Source of the DNA: Octopus vulgaris | Lineage: Eukaryota | Assembly (NCBI GenBank): GCA_951406725.2 | Contig: OX597820.1 | Coordinates: 71,300,001 to 71,364,000 of the forward strand | DNA: 64,000 bases | Direction of reading: 5' to 3' | Shown: positions 54,958 to 64,000 of the stretch, piece after piece | Layout of the letters: every line of letters starts with the position of its first letter | Numbering within the stretch: the stretch's first letter is position 1 | The notes under the pieces: model-generated | Database searches by the model: none | What the model saw: only the letters and a program-made list of their open reading frames with translations | Told to the model about the DNA's origin: nothing | Position numbers and translations under genes: made by a program

Positions 54958-56596
54958 GATAGACTCATTCAAGTTCAAAATCAAATAAATTATTTTGGAT
55001 TTGTTGCATCACTTCCTTAATTAGATGTAATTTATCCTAATTTTTGAAATCAAATCTTTTAACTTAATTGGTAGCTAGATAAAATCTAAAAAAAAAAAAT
55101 TGAAATACATTCAAGACATATATCCACTTTAAGATTTAAATATATGTAATAAAAACCAAATATAAACTAACTGTAAGAAAATGTTTGTAAAATGAAGAAA
55201 CAAAAACTCTTGCTTGGAACATTATTGCTTTTATAGAATTTGTAATTATGTTATTTATTTCTAGACTTCTTATCTCAAACTCATCTTAAATATATTAAAA
55301 GAGTTGTTATTTATACATATTTTTTATCTGCTTACAAATTTTGAAATCTACGTTAATCTGTAAATCTATTATGCTTTAAATTTTTTTCCCAAATGTCTTC
55401 ACTTGGTTATAGAGTATGTTATTTTGTTTCATTGAATTAGGCAAGTTTCTTTACAGGAAGTTATTAGGCTTTAAAGTTTATAGTTTTACATTATATTTAT
55501 GCTTATATAAGACTTAATATGAATAATTTTACTTGATTAAGTTAAGTAACCCTTATAATTTATATCAAACATTTTAGACATCTTCTTTACTGTTGTTAAC
55601 TTTTTACTTTTTCCTATCTGGAGAATTTTTTAAGCCATAGCATGCTGCATTTTCTCTTGAATTGTTTCCCCTGTCACTGCCCTGTTACCACTATAGGTGA
55701 CATGATACCCCTTCAGTGTGCTAAAGATTAACCAATATTTACACACTATCATTTATACCCTTATCTGCTTTGAGCTTCACCATTCCCCTTCCCTCCCCAT
55801 CAAAAGAATTATTTCACATTCTCTTGATCCTCTTTATGTTTGATATTGGAAAGATTGTTTATAAACTAGTTAATGATTTATTTTATCTGTATTGCCATTG
55901 ATAATTTATTCATTCTTAGCTGCATCAATATTTTCTGTTCAATCTTCAATATTTCAGGTATTTTAAAATGTATCTTCAATGATGTCAAAGTTTAAGGATA
56001 TCATTGAAAGTGTAGTACATATTCTTACTTATTCAATTTTATTTATCAATAATAATGCAAATGGAGTTGGCATAACATAATTCGACATTACCATCTCATA
56101 CACACACAATTTTTTTTCCTGAAATAATTCAATTTTTAACAAAATACTACTTAGAACGCTTGTATAACATATATAAATAATGCATATTTATAGCAATATG
56201 CATTATTTATGCAATATGTTTTCAAATAGCAATAACTTTCATTGGACACCTGCATAAAGATTTATTCTAAAAGTAAACATACAAAATACTTCTGATTTTC
56301 TTGTAATTTATACCACTATCATATAGCAGTTTTTTTTAAAAATTAATTTTCTGTTTTAGGATGGATTGAAAGAATCAGCTATACAGCATAACACCAATCC
56401 TTGTGATAATTTGTTATCTTATCCATTAGGATCAGTATCGTCTTACTACAACATACATCAGTTATATCACTTTTGAATTAACATTTATTTTCAATTTGCA
56501 TTGGATGTTCACATCAGGACAGTCATTTCTCTTACAGCTATTACAGTTGGATGCTGTCTTGATTGACTAGCACTTACGTTTTTCTGTAAGATAATA

Positions 56597-56812
56597 TTCT
56601 TTTTTACTCTAGGCACAAGGCCTGAAATTTTGGGGGAGGGGGTCAGTCGATTAGATCGACCCCAGTACATAACTGGTACTTAATTTATCAACCCCGAAAG
56701 GATGAAAGGCAAAGTTGACCTCAGCTGAATTTGAATTCAGAAAGTAAAGCCAGACGAAATACTGCTAAGCATTTTGCCTGGAATGCAAATGCTTCTGCCC
56801 GTTCACCACCTT
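56597..56812 (-). mobile_element. Full-length CORE-type tRNA-derived SINE
   Basis: Minus strand has a tRNA-like head with GAATTCAAATTC B-box and core GAGGTCAACTTTGCCTTTCATCCTTTCGGGGTTGATAAATTAAGTACCAG. Flanked by a direct repeat CTGTAAGATAATATT (56584 and 56814), consistent with a target-site duplication. Confidence 0.88.
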
Positions 56813-57289
56813 CCTGTAAGATAATATTGTGTATCTAATGTATAAGACTTGATACACATCTATAGCCTTTATAGGGTCTTTGGATTCCAAGTCTATAGTT
56901 CATGACCATATATTACCACTCTTATTTGCATGCTTTAAAAATCTGCCATTCACACTGGGAGAAAAACCTTTGTTGCTGACAGTTTAAAAACTAAGCAAAC
57001 TCTTTCCTCTACCTTCTCATTGTATGTGGTATGCATTTACTATATCTACCTTCAATATTGTGATTGGTTACATCACCTTCATAACATAAACTACTTATTA
57101 CATATTAGCTGTTAAATTAATTCCATAAGTGCTATAGGTTCTAATTAGTTTTATGTAGCCATCATTACTTAAGTTTGTACTGCTTATATTTCAGTGGGAG
57201 ATCCCATTTCAGTTTTCATGAAGCTGTTGCTTGCACTGAGTACACAATATTTTGACTTTACCTAGTCCTTTACTACTTTTCAAGAGAGG

Positions 57290-57860
57290 CCATTTACAGG
57301 ATAGCATTGGGATGTTATACTATCTGTTACTAATTGGATCTTTTCTGTATTAACTTTTAGACTCTTGTCCTGTCATTTGGGCTTTGAACTTTTTCTGCAG
57401 CCTTTTGGCAGATTTCTGCAATGAAAATCAAGTCATTAGCATATGTAACTTTCCACTCCTAATCTGCAATTATATTGCTTCAGGAACTGTAATGAATAAT
57501 TGGAAGCTGTAGACAGAGCCTTGGTTAATATCTAACTGTATTTTGAAATTCTTCACTGAAAACTTCACTAAATTTAGTGTTATTTCTAATCTTATGTCTA
57601 CCTTAATTTATAGCTTGAATAATTCTTACAAGATATTCATCTCTCCCCAGTTTCTTCTGTGCTCACCAAACGACAGAGCATGAGACCCTGTTATAGTCCA
57701 TTTCAAATTAACAAATGCAAAAAGTTGTTTGTTCTTTAATGCTATCTTTGCTTGTTGCTTTTACAAGAAATGTTATTCTTGGTTTCCCTATCATGTGCTA
57801 ATTTTGTGTAGACTTCCTTTATTGAAGCCCTAACAATGGCTCTTTTGAGTGCATTTTCTT
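57290..57860 (-). mobile_element. Ancient RTE RT remnant
   Basis: Minus-strand VTYAND (LLYADD-like, ~57432-57449) and LDINQGS (GVHQGS-like, ~57516-57536). Confidence 0.5.
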
Positions 57861-58129
57861 TCATCCTAAGACAATTTATGATGATAAAATTATACAAATC
57901 ATTGAAAATAACATTTTCACACTCTTTCTTAGTTAATTAAGTGATTAATTAGCATAGTGAATATATAACCTGATATTTTCAGTAGTTTGTCATCGATCAC
58001 AGATTACTTTTACCTTTCCTATCTTCATCTCTATTATTGTTTTCTGAGCTTTACTGAAATTAACGTCATTTATTAATCGCCCTGCTGACCAATTTTCAGT
58101 AGAATTTCACTGATTCATAGATATTTCTT

Positions 58130-58465
58130 GCTGAGACATGCTTGTGTGGTTAAGAAGTTTTCTTATCAACCATGTGTTTTTGCATTCATTCCCACTGTGT
58201 GACATAGGCAAGTGTCTTCTATAGCCTGAGTCTTCCAATACCTTGTAACTGAAATTGTTAGACGGAAAACCACTGTATAAGTGTGTGTATGTGAATGTGT
58301 ATCTTTGTGTCTTCCCACCTGTGTCTGGCATTGTTTATATCAACTGTAAAATGTATTCAGCTGTTGAAAAGTTTTTCATGTGTAAGATCAGAGAATAAGT
58401 AGCTTACTAACTTATGCCCAACCCATGCCAGCATGGGAGAAGTGGGTGTGAAAATGATGAGAATG
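58130..58465 (+). mobile_element. tRNA-derived SINE with RTE-type tail
   Basis: GTGTGGTTAAGAAGTTT...GGCAAGTGTCTTCTATAGCC...CCAACCCATGCCAGCATGGGA...AAAATGATGA. Confidence 0.65.
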
Positions 58466-59576
58466 TCTTCCTTGCCACTAGTGAGTCTAACTGAAACAAC
58501 TTTTCTTGCACAAAACTCACATCCATTCACTATGGTTATGGTTATATCATTCCAGTTATCTTGCCAGACATAACTGCCATTGTAGCAAAGCTGACAGTTG
58601 CAAACCTGAAATTCTAAATGTGAAAGAGAGAGAGCCGTTACTGGTGCTAGTCTAATTTCTCATATAATATGATATATATATTGCACTATAGCAAGTAATG
58701 CTATAATGCATTTATAAGATAGCGTTCCTATGTAAATTTTGAATTATAATATAATAATTCTGGCTTTTACTTATGTTGAAAAAGAATTGATTATTTAGTT
58801 TGCAAAAATTATTTTAACAGACGTTAAAAGTAGCATAAATTTTTTGTTACATCAGTAGACACCATATTGATTTATATATTCAAAAGACTGAAAATCACTC
58901 TAGAGATTAAAATTCAGTTTGGATAAAATATGTAACCATTTATGCAAAATAAGTGAGATACAAGAGAGCCTTCAATGGTCACTCCACTTGCCTCAAATAG
59001 CAACTGAATTACCTTCAAACCATGCTCATTCTTCAAAAGGAAGGACACAGGTATTGTAGGGATCACAAATATGAAAAAAGATGGAATACTTATGGTTGGA
59101 ACACCTTTGATTATAAGTCTTCTCAACTGAAGTTCACATGGAGCTGAGCCATAAGCAGGATAGTTTCTAAAGTTATATTCAGTATACTTTCTAATATAGA
59201 AGGTACTTGTTAATTTAATCCTTATCCTTGTTTCTTATGAAATTCCTCACAAATAGATTTGAACTTAAAATCCTCATTCACTTTGTGATTTCACATCTAC
59301 TTTTATCAATCATAAGAATAGCAAATATATTATAATTAAAGATAGCTTTAGGTGCTCATAGCAATTATTAAATGTTCAGCCTTATAGAAATATAAGAAAA
59401 TTATATTATACATGGTCCTATGGGGCCCCTGGGTCAAGATGCTGCAGCAGTCAACACACTTGCCCAAAGATAGTTCTAGTTATCATGTCAAAAGTATTAA
59501 CTACTTACATACCAACAATAAATAACTTTTGCACAATTTTATGGATAACTAAACACACACACATACTAGCATTATT

Positions 59577-61675
59577 TCATCATCATCATCATCATTTAGC
59601 GTCCGTTTTCCATGCTAGCATGGGTTGGACGGTTCAACTGGGGTCTGGGGAGCCCGAAGGCTGCACCAGGCCAGTCAGATCTGGCAGTTTTTCTACAGCT
59701 GGATGCCCTTCCTAACGCCAACCACTCCGAGAGTGTAGTGGGTGATTTTATGTGCCACCGACACAGGTGCCAGACGAGGCTGGCGAACGGCCACGCTCGG
59801 ATGGTGTTTTTATGTGCCACCGACACAGGTGCCAGACGAGGCTGGCAGACGGCCACGCTCGGATGGTGTTTTTATGTGCCACCGACACAGGTGCCAGATG
59901 AGGCTGGCGGACGGCCACGATCGGATGGTGTTTGTTACGTCCCCAAAGCACGGAGGCCAGTCTATGCGGTACTGGCTACGGCCACGTTCGGATGATTTTC
60001 TTGTGTGCCACCGGCACTGGTACCACAAAGATACAAATTCCATTGATGTTCATCTATTTTGATTTGTTTTGATTTGATTTGATTTGATTTTCACTTGCCT
60101 CAACAGGTCTTCACAAGTGTCACAAGAAGGAAGGTATGCACAGGTGGACTGACTACGTCCCAGGTAGGGGCCACGGGTTATGGCCTGACTAGTCTTGCCG
60201 GGTCTTCGGATGGTGTTTTTATGTGCCACCGACACAGGTGCCAGATGAGGCTGGCGAACGGCCACGATCGGATGGTGTTTGTTGTGCCCACAGCACGGAG
60301 GCCAGTCGATGCGGTACTGGCTACAGCCACGTTTGGGTGGTTTTTTTGTGTGCCACCGGCACTGGTACCACAAGATACAAATTCCATTGATGTTCATCTA
60401 TTTTGATTTGATTTGATTTGATTTTCACTTGCCTCAACAGGTCTTCACAGGTCTTCACAAGTGTCACAAGAAGGAAGGAAGGTATGCACAGGTGGACTGA
60501 CTACGTCCCAAGTAGGGGCCATGGGTTATGGCCTGACTAGTCTTGCCGGGTCTTCGGTTGGTGTTTTTATGTGCCACCGACACGGGTGCCAGATGAGGCT
60601 GGCGGACGGCCATGATCGGATGGTGTTTGTTATGTGCCCACATCACAGAGGCCAGTCGATGCGGTACTGGCTATGGCCACGTTCGGATGGTTTTCTTGTG
60701 TGCCACCGGTACTGGTACCACAAAGATACAAATTCCATTGATGTTCATCTATTTTGATTTGGTTTGATTTGATTTGATTTGATTTTGATTTTCACTTGCC
60801 TCAACAGGTCTTCACAAGTGTCATAAGTAGGAAGGTATGCACAGGTGGACTGACTACGTCGCCGGGTCTTCGGATGGTGTTTTTATGTGCCACCGACACA
60901 GGTGCCAGATGAGGCTGGCGAACGGCCACGATCGGATGGTTTTCTTGTGTGCCACCGGTACTGGAACCACAAAGATACAAATTCCATTGATGTTCATCTA
61001 TTTTGATTTGGTTTGATTTTCACTTGCCTCAACAGGTCTTCACAGGTTTGGTTTGATTTTCACTTGCCTCAACAGGTCTTCACAAGTGTCACACGTGTCA
61101 CACACTTGCCTCAACACGTCTCCACAAGTGTCACACACTTGCCTCTGCCTCAACAGGTCTTCACAAAGTGTCACACACTTGCCTCTGCCTCAACAGGTCT
61201 TCACAAGTGTCACACACTTGCCTCAACAGGTCTTCACAAGTGTCATAAGAGGGAAGGTATGCACAGGTGGACTGACTACGTCGCCGGGTCTTCGGATGGT
61301 GTTTTTATGTGCCACCGACACAGGTGCCAGATGAGGCTGGCGAACGGCCACGATCAGATGGTGTTTGTTGTGCCCACAGCACGGAGGCCAGTCGATGCGG
61401 TACTGGCTACGGCCACGTTCGGATGGTTTTCTTGTGTGCCACCGGTACTGGAACCACAAAGATACAAATTCCATTGATGTTCATCTATTTTGATTTGGTT
61501 TGATTTGATTTTTGATTTTCACTTGCCTCAACAGGTCTTCACAAGGGTCACACACTTGCCTCAACAGGTCTCCACAAGTGTCACACACTTGCCTCTGCCT
61601 CAACAGGTCTTCACAAGTGTCACACACTTGCCTCAACAGGTCTTCACAAGTGTCATAAGAGGGAAGGTATGCACA
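59577..61675 (-). repeat. Head-to-tail multimer (5 units, ~316-422 bp) of the RTE ORF end/3'UTR with a single (ATG)n tail
   Basis: Junction GGGTCTTCGG(A/T)TGGTG recurs at ~60202, 60550, 60866 and 61288. Each unit has GATACAAATTCCATTGATGTTCATCTATT-(GATTT)n-CACTTGCCTCAACAGG. The tail (CAT)n occurs only at 59577. Confidence 0.92.
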
Positions 61676-61731
61676 AAAAAATATGATATTGATATCTTTT
61701 TAATTATCAAGGATATTTGTTAAATTTTCAG

Positions 61732-61820
61732 GTTCTCAGTGGAGTTTGGATTAGAAACGATTATGGAACCGAAAACTTCAAAAATATCTTTTGGTTCGAA
61801 AAGATCAAGAAAAAAATTTG
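61732..61820 (+). CDS. SPO11: SPO11 internal coding exon (equivalent of vertebrate exon 3), 89 nt
   Basis: Acceptor aaattttcAG, donor G|GTAATT. Splices in frame to 10486 (AA+G = K) giving KFSVEFGLETIMEPKTSKISFGSKRSRKKF, which aligns without gaps to recalled human KFEDSVGLQMVSHCTTRKIKSDSPKSAQKF. Confidence 0.85.
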
Positions 61821-62879
61821 GTAATTAGTTTATCTATTGATTCTTTGAATTTACTCTCATTAGCAAAAGACAATAATTTTTCACAAAATACATACCTACA
61901 TAATGTAATTTTACAGAATTACATTTGTATTGTCTAACAAGTAAAAATATAACATACTGTCATGAAATTTCTCTCTATACATTCCCCGTTGGAAAATATT
62001 TGTTGATATTTATTTATTTTCACACATATACTTGGCGCCTTAATGATTAATTTATCAGTATTTCAATCTCTTTATTGAGATAATCAGGAAAAATGCAAAA
62101 ATTCAATCTACATATGTTCAATCTGATATTTTTAACATATATACAGGATATGAAATTGTTATGACGGAAAGATTAAATTTACCACAATTTGATTATTAAC
62201 CTGAAATTTTACAGATGTAAACCAAAGAACTGAATAAATGAATATTTTACAGTTTTATAAAAATTCACAATGAAATTATTAAGCATATTAATCAAAAAAA
62301 TGAACCTTCTTTATTTGAAGAAAAAATTGCAATATAACAAAGCAGTGTTCCTAACTTATGACTTGTCTTATGATGTGTTATGAGTTTGAATCCCCTTCCA
62401 CACTTCTCTGGATAGTAACTTGGCATTTACTGACTTTCTTTAGACTATGATTATAAAAATAAAGACAAATGTGACAATGTAGAACAGAAAGATTATCAAA
62501 TTAACCTACATTGATTTATGATGATATAAATCTCTGTTCAAGTCAAAATAATTAAACCATTTGTATGCTTGCAAGAGCATTTATTTAGCAACTATATAGT
62601 TTGTCTGTTAAAATCAACAACATATGATATAGTCTTTATAGAGGATTAATGAAAATATGAAAATAAACATAAGGCAAAATGTCAAACATTATAAACTTTT
62701 CTTATATATTAATAATGGTTAATAAAAAGGTTTATTTGAGTAAGTTCTGGTGAATTAAGGTTCACTAACAATTTAATTTGTAAATCTATCTAGCAACTGC
62801 CATTTCTATGTTCTGTGCAAAAAGTTGTACTAGTAACCTGTTTTATGTTGTTTAACTATGTACATGTAAATGGGTTTGA

Positions 62880-63400
62880 TTATTACACTATGATATTCAA
62901 AGAAGAAAGAGTAGAAGTTTTGACGTATTGATGCCTTTTGTGACTGATGAGATTGATGACCAAAGTTTATTGGAAATATGAAGATAAAGAGGGATTATCA
63001 AAAATGTGGAGTAGATGTGGAAAACAAGGTACAGTAAAGATCACAAAAGGAGGAGGAAGAAATATGGGATTTATAGGTCAAAGTTTAGAGATGTAGAAGC
63101 TTTTATGGTAGCAACAAAAGAAGACGGAAGCAACTGTACATCTATGAGCTGTTGGTTGAAGCATGTCAGTAATTCTTATCAGTCCATCGAATTAACTTCT
63201 TTTGAATGCAGTCTAGAATGTTAGTGCATTTGGTTTATAAGGCTTAACAATGAGAAGACCAAATGTGTGATGGCTAAATTCAAATGTCTGAAAGACCAGA
63301 ATGCTAAAAGCTTGAAAGACTGCAAGCTTGGTCTTTTGAAATATTTTTTGGGGAAAAAAAGATCATAAGAAAAACAATTTTTTTTTTACTTAAAAGGAAG
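62880..63400 (+). mobile_element. Decayed non-LTR element C-terminal remnant (possibly restriction-like-endonuclease type)
   Basis: DVEAFMVATKE resembles the ETEG--IAAQDQ motif, followed by a Cys trace. Weak. Confidence 0.3.
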
Positions 63401-64000
63401 TTGAAAGTGTATTGGAAGGATATGATGCTGCAGGAATAAACAATATAGTTTATTTATCAAATATTTCCATTCTTAAATTCTCTTATTAAATATTTTCATT
63501 CTTTGCTTTTCAATAGAAACGTAAACATACGAAGTAATGAAAAGTTTGAATTTTGATTGTTGAAATTAGGCTTGTGCATTTGTTTATATTCCTTTTCCTT
63601 CATTCTTTTATCACAAAATTCCGCCATATCCTTTCCTTTAGGTAATCTGACTTTTTGATCATTTGAATTTGGACATGTCACATTTGTCCTTCTAACATCC
63701 AGCCTTATAATTAGCTTCCAACATTAATGTTCATAGTAGAGGCACTGAGCCTCAAATGTAAGCAGTACTCTAATGTAGGTTTTACTTAAGTGTTATAGAT
63801 GGTCAGCACTGATCAAGGTTGAAGTATATATTGGCTCTAAAAAGGAGTCTTACATTTTAATATGATAGCAATAACAATGTGTCTGTAGTTCACAGGATTG
63901 GAAAGATAGCCCATTTTAGAATAAGATACACTAGCATATTTCTGATGATCAGAATAGACACCTAGAGAGAAAGAAATCAGAGTTCAACAAAGATAGAAAT

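Noticed and set aside
56360-56476. Strong-looking acceptor (ttttctgttttAG) followed by a 38-codon open stretch
   Set aside because: No recognisable homology or clear donor, and it stops after two codons in the SPO11 frame. A poison exon cannot be supported without transcripts.
56740-56812. tRNA-like A/B-box sequences at SINE heads
   Set aside because: SINE promoters; no complete cloverleaf, so no tRNA gene is called.
60092-60207. Structured RTE-end segment considered as an HDV-like or hammerhead ribozyme (retrozyme idea for the multimer)
   Set aside because: Hairpins are present (CACTTG…CAAGTG, GGCCA…TGGCC), but I could not assemble an HDV nested double pseudoknot or a CUGANGA/GAAA core.
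59745-61675. Regularly spaced repeats resembling a CRISPR array, and the many overlapping ORFs there
   Set aside because: No unique spacers, eukaryotic context and no cas genes. The units derive from the RTE 3'UTR.
61821-64000. Search for SPO11 exon 4 (expected …TKR)
   Set aside because: Candidate AG sites (~62147, ~62215) give no SPO11-like peptide; the exon probably lies beyond the window.

Overview
AT-rich, repeat-dense animal genomic DNA. The SINE/LINE repertoire suggests a coleoid cephalopod, probably Octopus (inference). The only host gene I can support is invisible to the ORF track: two short + strand exons of the meiotic double-strand-break topoisomerase-like gene SPO11 (10373-10486, 114 nt; 61732-61820, 89 nt). 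They are joined in frame by a 51,245-nt intron with a non-canonical GC donor (AA|GCAAGT). The rest of the window is transposon-derived: a young, nearly intact RTE LINE (1-3250, minus) with a PHD-type zinc finger inside its RT region, truncated RTE copies and RTE-3'UTR-type short elements, a ~2.1-kb head-to-tail multimer of the RTE 3' end stopping ~55 nt before the SPO11 acceptor, tRNA-derived SINEs, decayed mariner/maT/pogo DNA transposons, Penelope and CR1/L2-like remnants, a degenerate hammerhead-like motif and microsatellites. Most short ORFs in the track are repeat or microsatellite noise. All family assignments are from motif recognition by eye; no database searches were run.
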